Source of the DNA: an uncultured Planctomycetaceae bacterium
Lineage (GTDB): Bacteria; Planctomycetota; Planctomycetia; Pirellulales; PALSA-1355
Reading direction: 5' to 3'
Length of the DNA: 64,000 bases
Assembly (NCBI GenBank): GCA_963785305.1
Contig: CAWAUV010000007.1
Span: 960,270-1,024,269 of the forward strand
Shown here: piece by piece, positions 40,843 to 50,734 of the stretch
How the letters are laid out: each line of letters opens with the position of its first letter
Position numbering within the stretch: position 1 is the first letter of the stretch
Position numbers and translations under genes: made by a program
Notes under the pieces: model-generated
Told to the model about the DNA's origin: nothing
Database searches by the model: none
The model's input: the letters and a program-made list of their open reading frames with translations, nothing else

Positions 40843-42537
40843 GTGACCCAAAACGATACGGAAATCGTGACCGCCTTGCGAACCGCATTGGCGCTTCAGC
40901 TTGGCCAAGACCGATATGAAGTCTGGTTTGGCGAGAGTGTGCGGCTGGCGGTCGACGACAACGTATTGTCGATCACGACGCCGAACAAGTTCTCGCAAGA
41001 TCGATTGCGATCGAGATTCTGCCGCGATCTCCATGCGACCTGCCAACACGTTTTTGGACGAACGATGAGCTTGGAATTTCGCATCGACGAGAACTATGCC
41101 GCCCGGCCGGAGAAACCGCGTCCGCGTGCCGAACGATCGCCAATTGCCCAAACCGCCTCGACTGCTGGCGCTGCCTTGTCTGTGAGCTTCGCCTCACTTG
41201 CGAGTGTTGCTCCAGCGGCAAATGTGGCCGCCCGTGGCGGCAATCATGCCTTGTCCCCCGCCGAAGGCCGCCCGGTCGGCACTCCGGTGTTGGCAATGAA
41301 TTCGCAAGTTGCCTCGAGCGCTCCGGGCACCTTGAGCGCTCCGGGCACCTTGAGCGCGTCCGGCGTGGCGGGCGGCAAGCCGGCGGCGTTCGCGGTGTCG
41401 GCTGTTGCGGCTCGCGCGCTCGGCGACGCGGGGAGGATTGCCCGGCCCGAGGTCGATCCCGAGCTTCGCGGCCGATCGAATCTCGATCCGCCCGCGCGGC
41501 CGCGGCGGCGACTATACACGCTCGAATCATTTGTCGTGGGCGATTCGAATCGGATTGCGGCCAAGAGCGTGGAGATGGCGCTCGAGCGGCCTGGCGCGTT
41601 TTCTCCCTTGGTGCTGCATGGGCCGACCGGCGTGGGCAAGACGCATTTGATCGAGGGCATGATCGTCGGCCATCGTCAGCGGCGGCGGGGCACGGCGGTG
41701 TATCTCTCGGCCGAGCAGTTCACGAGCCAGTTTCTCGAAGCGCTCCATGGCAGCGGCGTGCCCAGCTTTCGGCGGAAGTATCGCGATGTGTCGCTCCTGG
41801 CGATCGATGACATCCAGTTCTTCGCCGGCAAGAAAGTCACGCTCGGCGAGCTTTGGCACACGATCGACACCCTGCTGCGAACCGGCGCCCAGATCGTGCT
41901 CGCGGCCGATCGTTCGCCCGCGGCGATCAAGGCGCTGGGGCCCGAGATTTCGGCTCGCTTGCAGGGCGGGGTGATCTGCCGCCTCGAACCGCCGGAATAT
42001 GCGACCCGGCTGGGAATCGTGAGCCGATTGGCCGAGGAGCTGGGTGTCGCGGCGCCCGAGGAAGTGCGAGTGTACATTGCCCAGCGGCTCACGACGCAAA
42101 GCCGCGAACTGGCCGGCGCCCTCAAGCGGTTGCATGCCGCGAGTCTCGCCCACAATCGGCCCATCTCGCGCGGGCTGGCCGAGGAAACGCTCGCCGAGCT
42201 AGTGCAACAGCCGGGCCGGGCCGTGCGGCTGGCCGATATCGAGCGGGCAGTGTGCGAAGTGTTTGGGCTCGAAGCCGAGAGCCTGCAATCGAGCGGCAAG
42301 ACCAAGGGCGTGAGCCATCCGCGCATGCTCGCGATGTGGCTGGCCCGAAAACACACGCAAAGCGCCCTCAGCGAAATCGGTCAACACTTCGGCCGCCGCA
42401 GCCATAGCACGGTGATCTCGGCGCAAAAGAAGATCGACATCTTGATCTCGCGCGGCGAATCGCTCGGGCTGGCCGACCGCAATTGGACGCTCGACGAAGC
42501 CGTCCGCCGAGTGGAAGAGCAACTTCGCGCCGTCTGA
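40843..42537 (+). CDS. dnaA: chromosomal replication initiator protein DnaA
   Basis: Domain I ...YEVWFGESVRLAVDDNVLSITTPNKFSQDRL. Walker A LHGPTGVGKTHL. LAIDDIQFFAGK. C-terminal DNA-binding domain PRMLAMWLARKHTQSALSEIGQHFGRRSHSTVISAQKKI. The GTG 40843 start is tentative. Confidence 0.9.
   Translation: MTQNDTEIVTALRTALALQLGQDRYEVWFGESVRLAVDDNVLSITTPNKFSQDRLRSRFCRDLHATCQHVFGRTMSLEFRIDENYAARPEKPRPRAERSPIAQTASTAGAALSVSFASLASVAPAANVAARGGNHALSPAEGRPVGTPVLAMNSQVASSAPGTLSAPGTLSASGVAGGKPAAFAVSAVAARALGDAGRIARPEVDPELRGRSNLDPPARPRRRLYTLESFVVGDSNRIAAKSVEMALERPGAFSPLVLHGPTGVGKTHLIEGMIVGHRQRRRGTAVYLSAEQFTSQFLEALHGSGVPSFRRKYRDVSLLAIDDIQFFAGKKVTLGELWHTIDTLLRTGAQIVLAADRSPAAIKALGPEISARLQGGVICRLEPPEYATRLGIVSRLAEELGVAAPEEVRVYIAQRLTTQSRELAGALKRLHAASLAHNRPISRGLAEETLAELVQQPGRAVRLADIERAVCEVFGLEAESLQSSGKTKGVSHPRMLAMWLARKHTQSALSEIGQHFGRRSHSTVISAQKKIDILISRGESLGLADRNWTLDEAVRRVEEQLRAV
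41317..41364 (+). repeat. 18-bp in-frame tandem repeat (about 2.6 copies) in the dnaA linker
   Basis: AGCGCTCCGGGCACCTTG at 41317-41334 and 41335-41352, with a partial third copy. It encodes SAPGTL SAPGTL SAS. Confidence 0.8.
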
Positions 42538-42587
42538 GCGACGCGACGGCCACGCCATCGCCCGCCGTCCTTGGCGCCAAACCGGGC

Positions 42588-43182
42588 TTATTTCCCGGGA
42601 AAGTCCGGTAGGTCGGCCAGAAAGGCCGGATGCGCCTTGGTCAGCCAGAATGTATCGGGCGTCGATTCGTTTGATCCCGAGCACCTGCGACATCCGCATT
42701 CCGATGGCCAATCCCGACAATAGAACGAGACCCCCGACGAGGAACGACAGAAACAGCCAATCATCTCCCGGTTTCGCGCTGAACGCCGCCGCCGCGATGA
42801 ACACCGCGCCGGCCGCCAGCGGCGAGAGCCACGCGATGAGAATCCCCCAACGACGTAGCGAGCGATGTCTCGGGCAGACGCCGATCTCGAGTGAGCCGGT
42901 TTTGCGCACCAGCAATGCCACGACCAAATAGATCAGCAATCCGGGTCCGATCAACAACAACAGAAACCAGTAGGGTGAATGCCAACTATACTTTCGTTTG
43001 AGCCGGCGTTCGCCGACCTCTTCGTTGCATCGAACGCACCGCCCGGGGAGTATGGCCCCTTTCCGCGCAACGAGCACGTCGCCGTCTCGATAGACCTGCT
43101 CGGAGGTTTCGACCGACATGGGACGGTCGACGGTTCGAGGCGCCTGATAAGGATTCAGGCTTTGCGGGTCTTGCATGGGCAT
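42588..43182 (-). CDS. membrane protein (zinc-ribbon-like N-terminus, three hydrophobic segments); one frame switch
   Basis: MPMQDPQSLNPYQAPR...CVRCNEEV...YWFLLLLIGPGLLIYLVVALLV.... Removing one base near 42648 gives the end ...RIDARYIWLTKAHPAFLADLPDFPGK-stop at 42588. As read, the ORF runs on antisense into dnaA. Confidence 0.55.
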
Positions 43183-43353
43183 CGGCGTGGAACACCGCCA
43201 AAAACGAACGAAAAAACCTAGCCAGAAAAGCATTATGGCCGGCCCTATTTGCCCGAGTCAAATCCGTCGACGAGCGCTGATTCGCGCCCGCCCAGCGTCG
43301 GGGCGGAAACGGCGGCGGAATCCAACAGCCTGTTGAAATATTTAACAAGCTGA

Positions 43354-43427
43354 TAAGCCTGAATCGCGAGCGAAGGCTTGCTCCGGCCGGGATTAAGAAG
43401 AATCCTTCGCTGGCGCGTTAGGCTTGT
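43354..43427. repeat. dispersed palindromic repeat family, copy C (hairpin)
   Basis: TAAGCCTGAATCGCGAGCGAAGG (43354-43376) pairs with CCTTCGCTGGCGCGTTAGGCTTGT (43404-43427). Intergenic. Confidence 0.75.
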
Positions 43428-43469
43428 GAAGATTGTCGCGCTCGGGGGATGAAGATTGTCGCGCTCGGG
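43427..43469. repeat. 20-bp tandem direct repeat, two copies, period 23 bp
   Basis: TGAAGATTGTCGCGCTCGGG occurs at 43427-43446 and again at 43450-43469, directly abutting repeat copy C. Confidence 0.85.
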
Positions 43470-43507
43470 AATTCTTGCGCTCACGACGCAATCGGTCCGC
43501 GCGATCG

Positions 43508-44983
43508 TCAGGCGATGATCTGCCGGATCGGGTCGACGTGTTCCACTCCGACCAGTTTTTGATTCAGACCGCTATAGAAATACGACAGGCGGTTTGGGTC
43601 GAAGCCCATCTGGTTGAGCACCGTGGCGTGCAAATGTTTCACATGGAAGGGATCGGTCACGGCGGCGGCGCCGAGCTCGTCGGTCTCGCCCACGCTCACC
43701 CCGCCCCGAATACCGCCGCCGGCCATCCACATCGTGAAGCCATAGGCGTTGTGGTCGCGGCCGGTTCCTTCGGCGTATTCGGCCGTGGGCTGGCGGCCGA
43801 ACTCACCGCCCCAGACCAGCAGGGTCTCGTCGAACAAGCCGCGCCGCTTGAGGTCTTTAATCAGGCCGGCGATGCACTTGTCGGTGCGGCCGGCGTGGAA
43901 GTTGTGGTTCTTGAACAGATCTCCGTGGGCGTCCCAATTGTCGTCGTTGTGGGCGCCGCCGGCATAGAGTTGAATGAACCGCACGCCCCGCTCGACCAAT
44001 CGCCGGGCCAGGAGGCAGCGGCGGCCGAAGTCTGCGGTGCGGTCTTCGTCGATGCCGTAGAGCGACAGCGTTTCGGCGGTCTCTTGGCTCATGTCGACCG
44101 CTTCCGGGCAATGCTGCTGCATCTTGAAGGCGAGCTCATAGCTGGCCACGCGGCTTGCCAGGTCGAGATTGTCGCCGCGGTTGGCCAGGTGCTCGCCATT
44201 GGCCGCGGCTAGTTCGTCGAGCATGGTCCGCTGCATTTCTCGCGTCACGTTGGGCGGCAGGTTCAAGTCGAGAATCGGAGTTCCCGCGGCGCGGAGCACG
44301 GTTCCTTGATAGGTCGCGGGCATGTAGCCGCTCGACCAGTTCTTGGCCCCGCTGATGGGGCCGCCGGTCGGATCGAGCATCACCACGAAGCCGGGCAGGT
44401 TTTCATTCACGCTGCCCATGCCGTAGTTGACCCAGGAGCCGAGACAGGGGCTGCCACTGAGAATCTTGCCGCTATTCATTTGCAGCATGGCCGAGCCGTG
44501 GATCGGCGAATCGGCGGTCATCGACTTGATGAGCGCGATGTCGTCGATGCAGGTAGCCAGGTGCGGGAAGAGATCGGAGACCCAGGTTCCACTTTGGCCA
44601 TATTGTTTGAACTTCCACTTGGGGCCCACGACCCGGCCCTGGTCCTTCGAGCCGCCGCGGCCTTTGGTTTTCACCGGAATCGTTTGGCCATCGAGTTCAT
44701 AGAGCTTGGGTTTGTAGTCGAAGGTGTCGACATGGCTCGGCCCGCCATACATGAAAAGGAAGATCACGCTCTTGGCCTTGCCCGGAAAATGCGCCGGCTT
44801 GGCCGCGAGCGGATTGGCGATCGGGCGCGCCGCGGCCGATGATTCGGCGCCGCGGGCCGCGCGGCCGAAGAAGCCGTCGGCGCTCAAGAGGCCGGTCATG
44901 GCCACCGAGGTAAAGGCCCCGCCGGCTTCCCACAAAAACTCGCGCCGGGTGCGGTGGCAGAACGATCCGCGCTTGTCGCTCAT
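43508..44983 (-). CDS. DUF1501 domain protein (sulfatase-fold, TAT signal)
   Basis: RRREFLWEAGGAF twin-arginine N-terminus, SVIFLFMYGGPSHVDTFDYKP, LDETLLVWGGEFGRQP, RDHN. This is the classic partner of DUF1549/DUF1553 proteins. Confidence 0.85.
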   Translation of the reverse strand: MSDKRGSFCHRTRREFLWEAGGAFTSVAMTGLLSADGFFGRAARGAESSAAARPIANPLAAKPAHFPGKAKSVIFLFMYGGPSHVDTFDYKPKLYELDGQTIPVKTKGRGGSKDQGRVVGPKWKFKQYGQSGTWVSDLFPHLATCIDDIALIKSMTADSPIHGSAMLQMNSGKILSGSPCLGSWVNYGMGSVNENLPGFVVMLDPTGGPISGAKNWSSGYMPATYQGTVLRAAGTPILDLNLPPNVTREMQRTMLDELAAANGEHLANRGDNLDLASRVASYELAFKMQQHCPEAVDMSQETAETLSLYGIDEDRTADFGRRCLLARRLVERGVRFIQLYAGGAHNDDNWDAHGDLFKNHNFHAGRTDKCIAGLIKDLKRRGLFDETLLVWGGEFGRQPTAEYAEGTGRDHNAYGFTMWMAGGGIRGGVSVGETDELGAAAVTDPFHVKHLHATVLNQMGFDPNRLSYFYSGLNQKLVGVEHVDPIRQIIA

Positions 44984-45050
44984 GGTCGGAACTCCCCTCG
45001 GGAATGAATGTGACGTTCGCCGGCTGTTTGACCCGCGCCGGCGAAAAGAA

Positions 45051-47958
45051 TCAGTCGAGATACATAAACTCGTTGCGGTTCAGCATCGTCAGGCAGTAGC
45101 TCTTCCAGGCGTCGGGTTCGTCGAGCCCGAATTTTGCTTGCAGTGTTTGCAAAAACGCGCGGGCCCGCTCGATTTCTTCGGGCCGCGCGGGCCGATTCGA
45201 GCGCTAGCCGCGCGGCGAGCGTGATTCGCGCCGTCGGATCGTCGCCCGCCTCCCGCTGGAGCCGCTTGGCAAACTCGGCCGCGGCGTCGTTCAGAAATTG
45301 GCTGTTGAGCATCGTGAGCGCTTGGCCGGGCTGCGTGGTGCAGAAGCGGGCTTCGCAACTGGTGTCGGTCTCGGGGAAGTCGAGCGTCGAGAGCAGCGGC
45401 GTGATCAGCGAACGCTTCACGAAAATATAAACGCTCCGCCGCGACTGCTCCTCGGGCGACGACTTGCCCCAGTTCAGGCCCGGTTGCGACTGCGTGGCCA
45501 GCACCTCGCGCGAGATCTCGGGATAAATGCTCGGGCCATGCATCTTGAGATTCAATTGGCCATCGACGGCGAGGATCGAATCCCGAGCTTCCTCGGCGCT
45601 GAGCCGCCGCATGTCGAAATGCGAGAAAAGATCGTTTGCCGGATCGGCCGCCAGCGCCGCCTCGCTCGGGCGAGATGACATGCGATAGGCGCTCGAAAGC
45701 ATAATCAGCCTGTGAAGCGGTTTGAGCCGCCAGCCGCCGCGCACCAGTTCGCTGGCCAAATAGTCGAGCAGTTCGGGATGAGTCGGCGGAGTTCCAAGGT
45801 TTCCGAAGTTGTTCGACGACCGCACGATGCCGCGGCCGAAATGATGCTGCCACACGCGATTGGCCATCACTCGGCTGGTGAGTTTGTTGTCGGGCGAGGC
45901 GAGCCAGTCGGCCAATTGCAAGCGGCGCTGGCTGGTGCGATTGGCGGCTTCGGGCGCGGGCGGGCGAACGCCTCCGCCGCCCAATACGGCCGGAAAGCCC
46001 GGCTCGACTCGCTCGCCAGGCGAATGCGGATTGCCGCGCTGCATCACGAACATCGCCTCGGGATTCGCCGTCGCCTCGCGAGCCGCGAAGGCGTAATCGT
46101 TCGGAACCTTCTCGCCGTTGAGCCGGTCGAGCTTCTTGAGCAGCGCTTTGTATTTTCTGGTGTCCTCTTGGCCGAAGATCTCCTCGCCGTGTCGATTCAC
46201 GAGGTCGCGAATGTCGCGATTCTTGCGCGGTCGTTTCGATTCCGCGAGCCGCGAGAGCGGACGCTGCTTGAAGCCGGGACCGGACCAATTGACGGCAAGC
46301 CCCAGTCCGCCGACGCGCTGGAAGTAAGCGAGCTCGATCGGCGCGGCGCCTTTCTTGAGTTTCATGGCGGCGACGCGCGGCGTGCCCAGGCCGTGGATGC
46401 CATCGTATTCGGCCACAAGCTGCCCATCGACGACAAGGCGGCTGCCGTCGTCGGAGTCGAGCTCGAACGTGTATTCGCCGTCGGCCGGCACATTGAGCAC
46501 TCCGGTGAACACGAAGCCGAAAGCCAACTCCCGCGTCGCCGGGCTTAAGTCGAAATATCCGAGGGGCAACGCGCCGATCGACTCCGGCTTCAATAAGCTG
46601 AAGTCCGGCAGCAGATCCCAAGAGTCGCGATAGTAGCGATACTCGAGATTCGTCATGTCGGGCCGCAACGCCGAGGAGTCGTTTTCGCGTTGGTAGCGCA
46701 CCGCCAGGATCTCCTCGAACTCCTGGAACTCGCGACCGGCGTCTTTGCGGCGCTCCTGCAATTCCTGCTCGGCGACGCGGTAAGCTTTTTCTTTTTCGGG
46801 CGATTCGAAGATCGGGACCTCGACATTCGGCCCCACGCCACTCATCGGCTTCATGCCCAAGAACATCGCCCCCAGCCGGTAATAGTCGCGCTGCAAGATC
46901 GGGTCGATCTTGTGGTCATGGCAGCGGGCGCAATTCACGGTGAGGCCGAGCATGGCTTGGCTGGTGGTGGTGATGAGATCATCGAGTTGATCGAACTTGG
47001 CTTGTTCGCGATCGGCCGGTTCGTCGTCCCAAACGCCGAGTCGACAGTAGCCGGTGGCGGTGATGGTCTCGGCGGTCACGGTGGGCAGTTCGTCACCGGC
47101 GATCTGTTCACGGAGGAACTGATCGTAGGGCTTGTCGTCGTTGAACGCGCGGATCACGTAGTCGCGATAGCGCCACACATGGGGTTTGGTTCCGTCACGC
47201 TCGTAGCTATTGCTCTCGGCGAAGCGCACCACATCCAGCCAGTGTCGGCCCCAGCGTTCGCCATGGTGCGGCGAGGCGAGCAGCCGATCGACGACATGTT
47301 CGAAGGCCCTGGGATCGCCGTCGGCCAGAAACGCATCGACCTCGGCTAGCGTCGGCGGCAGGCCGGTCAGATCGTAAGTGGCGCGGCGAAGTAGCGCGAC
47401 TTTATCAGCCGGCGGCGCGGGAGCAAGACCGCGCTCATCGAGCTTGGCCAAGATGAAATTATCGACCGGAGTGGCGACCCAAGCCGAGTCCTTCACCGCT
47501 GGAGGCGTTTGCGGCGCGACCGGCTCGAAGGCCCAGTGGTTCTTCCACTCGGCGCCCGAGCGAATCCATTCCCGCACGAGCGCCACCTGTTCGGCGCTGA
47601 GCGGCTTGTCTTTGGGCGGCATCCGCGTGCTTTCGTCGTCGGAGGCGATCCGCCGCAGCATCTCGCTTTCGTCGGGCTTGCCCGGCACGACCGCCTGCTC
47701 GCCCGAATCGAGCTTCGCGAGCACGCCCTCGCGGCTCGTGAGTCGCAGGCTGCCTTCGCCCTTGTCGGGCCCGTGGCAAGCGAAGCAGCGCCGCGCGAGG
47801 AGCGGCAAAACATCGTGGGCAAAATCGACTTTGGCCGTCGGCTGGGCCGGGGTCCGCGCCGGTTCGGCCGCGGTGGAAATGGCGCCCGCGGCGAGGAGGA
47901 GCATCGCGGTCAGAGGAGCCGCGAGCCGAACAAATGCCGAATGCGAGATTCGATCCAT
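45051..47958 (-). CDS. PSCyt1 (planctomycete cytochrome c) / DUF1549 / PA14-like / DUF1553 (PSD1) protein; one frame switch near the 3' end
   Basis: RRCFACHGPDKGEGSLRL (heme-binding CxxCH). NFILAKLDERGLAPAPPADKVALLRRATYDLTGLPPT. NCARCHDHKIDPI. PA14-like VPADGEYTFELDSDDGSRLVVDGQLV. The restored C-terminus is ...EEIERARAFLQTLQAKFGLDEPDAWKSYCLTMLNRNEFMYLD-stop at 45051, with the join near 45198. Confidence 0.85.
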
Positions 47959-48152
47959 GATGCAAATGGCTCTGTGGTTTAGCGGAGGCGGGAAAAGGGG
48001 CGGCGGGGTGGGGTCGCGAACAAGCCTCTCTCATTATTATCGAGCGATCGGGGCCGAGGCAATGAAAAAATCGCTCATTTTGTTGTAGGGAATGCGTCAA
48101 GGCCGCATTGCCGTCAGCCCGCGGAGCTCGCGTTTTCGCCGTTCGCCCCGTG

Positions 48153-49113
48153 TCACGCGAATTTTCGCCCAGCCGCGCGGAGATCAATGCCCGCCGGCGA
48201 TGGATGAACCATCGGATGCAGTAGATGCGCCAAAATCTCGAGACTCTCCACGAGCCGCGGCCCGGATCGATTGAAATACGCATTGCCATCGACGATCCAG
48301 TTGCGTCCCATCCGGGTCGAGCTCAAGTCGCGCCAGCGGGGCAGGGTGGTAAGGCGTCGCGCTTCGAGGGCAGTCCGTTCGAGATCGAAGCCGCAGGGCA
48401 TCACGACGAGCACTTCGGGGTCGAACTCGGCGACCCGCTCCCAGGACGTCGCGACGCTATGTTCGCCCGGCCGGGCAAAGCCGCCATCGTCGCCGGCGGC
48501 CAATTTCGTGAGCTCGGGCATCCAATTGGCGGCGAGAAACACCGGTTCGACCCATTCGATGAGCGCTACCCGGGGCCACGCGTGGGCTGGAATCTCGGCC
48601 GAACGGCGCCGCACGGCTTCGACCCTGGCCACGAGCGCCGCGACGCGCTCTTCGCCCGCGGCGCTGGCGCCGGCCGCTTGGGCCACGCGGCGGATATCGG
48701 CGAACACGTCGTTGAGCGAAGTCGGATTGAGGGCCGCGACCGGGCAGCTCGCCAGGGCCGCCGAATCGCGCACCATTTGCAGCACATCGTCGAACTTCAC
48801 CGCGCACACATCGCACTGGGCTTGGGTGACGATCAACTCCGGCCGCAAGCGCTCGACGAGTTGCACATCGACGCCATAGAGCGGCTCGCCGGCCTCGAGC
48901 AGCCAGCGCACTTGGCGATCGATCGCCGCGCTATCGGCCGACGAATCGACGTTGGAAAACGTGGCCCGCGGCAAGCGGCGCGGCTTCCGGCGGCCAATCA
49001 CACTCATGACTCACGGCGACGACGCGCTCGCCCAGGCCGATCGAGAAGAGAATCTCGGTGGCGCTCGAAAGCAGCGAAACGATACGCTGGGGACTTGCCA
49101 TGCCGGCAAGCAT
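48153..49113 (-). CDS. periplasmic binding protein, BtuF/FhuD-like (cobalamin or Fe-siderophore type); one frame switch
   Basis: [32 protein letters not shown] in ORF 48931..49113. [17 protein letters not shown]...[11 protein letters not shown]... in ORF 48153..49007. The join is near 48970. Confidence 0.7.
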
Positions 49114-49188
49114 AACAGCCGCCGTGGCGGAATCAACGGCGCGACCGGGCCGACGCCGCCTCGGCGGCCATGATCGACCGTCACGCGA

Positions 49189-50501
49189 TCAGACCTCGAC
49201 CAGCATTCGCATCGGCTCCTCGATCACGTCCTTGATGCGCTTGAGGAAAGTGACGGCGCCTTGTCCGTCGACGATACGGTGATCGTAGGTGAGGGCAAGG
49301 TTCATGATCGGCCGGATCACGATTTGGCCGTTGCGCGGCACGACACGATCTTGGATCGAGTGCAGGCCGAGAATGCCGCTTTGGGGCGGATTCACGATCG
49401 GCGTCGAGAGCAGCGAGCCATAGACGCCGCCGTTGGAAATCGTGAATGTTCCGCCTTGCAATTCCTCGAGCTGCAAACGGTTTTCCGCGCGCGGCCGGCA
49501 AGCTCCGCGATCGCCAACTCGATTTCGGCGAAGCTCATGCGGTCGGCGTCGCGGAGGATCGGCACCACGAGCCCCTTGCCGCCGCCCACGGCGATGCCGA
49601 TATCGTAGTAGTTGTGATACACGATATCGTTGCCGCGGATGTAGGCGTTTACTTGCGGCACGAGCTTAAGCGCGTCGATCGCGGCCTTGATGAAGAACGA
49701 CATAAAGCCGAGCTTCACGCCATAGCGATCTTGGAAAGTCTGCTTGTGCTCGTTGCGTAGGGCCATCACCGCCGACATGTCCACCTCGTTGAACGTGGTG
49801 AGCAGGGCCGCGGTCTGCTGGGCTTCGACCAACCGCTGCGCGATGCGGCGGCGAATGGCGGTCATCGGAACCACTTCTTCCTCGCGGGCGCCTTTCGACT
49901 TGGCCGACAAGGGCATCGACACCGTCTCGGGCGTCGAGGTGAGCATGGCCTGGGCGGGGCGCATGGCCGGGGGGCCGGCGCCATCGCCCGACTTCGTGGT
50001 TTTGACGCGACCCGCGCCGTCTTGATGGCGGCTGGACGATAGGTGTTCTTTATTGCGACTCGAAGTTTCGATCAGGCTTGCCGCCTGGGCCTTGGCCGCC
50101 GCGGCCGCTTCGCTATCGGCGGCGTCGTAGTGCGCGGCGACCGGTTCCGGCTTGATCGCGGAAGCGGGGAGTGTCTTGGCGGTCGGCGGCGCCGCGCGCT
50201 CCGATCGCGGCGGGGCGGGCGGCTCGGGCTTCGCGGCCGGAGCGGCTTTCGCGGCCGGTTGCCCGGCTTCCTCCATGTAGCCGATCACTTCGCCCACGGC
50301 GGCGGTCTCGCCGCGCTTCTTGAGCATCTTGGTCACGGTGCCGGCAATCGGCGCCGGCAGCTCGACCGTGGCTTTGTCGGTCTCGATCTCGACCAGATTC
50401 TCATCTTTCTCGACCGGCTCCCCCTCGCGCTTTCGCCACTCGCCGATCTGCACTTCGGTGATCGACTCGCCAATGGGAGGCACTTTCAATTCGACAGGCA
50501 T
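49189..50501 (-). CDS. sucB: 2-oxoglutarate dehydrogenase E2, dihydrolipoyllysine-residue succinyltransferase; one frame switch
   Basis: Lipoyl domain [15 protein letters not shown]. Catalytic domain [18 protein letters not shown]...[30 protein letters not shown]...[12 protein letters not shown]. The join is near 49484. It lies directly downstream of sucA. Confidence 0.85.
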
Positions 50502-50734
50502 GGTTCGGAAATCCTTGCGACTCGGATCGGTCCGCGACCATGAACAAGCAAGCCGGGGCGAAAAATCGCCGACGGATCGATCGCCCGCGCGAACCCATCG
50601 CTTGAGAGACAATAAGCTACTGGGTTGATTCTCGGAAAAAGAGCCAGCGGCAACGCGCGTGTTTGGGGTCGCCGCTGGCCTGGAAATTGTTCGGGGGGTA
50701 TCCCCTTGGTTGTAATGGATTGTGCGCTCGGTCG

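Noticed and set aside
43427-43469. Possible mini-CRISPR or repeat array
   Set aside because: There are only two 20-bp copies with a 3-nt spacer, no spacer-sized unique segments, and no cas genes in the window.
49148-49170. GC-rich palindrome GCCGCC TC GGCGGC as the sucB terminator
   Set aside because: The loop is too small for a stable hairpin as drawn and no U-tract follows. It was not called as a feature.
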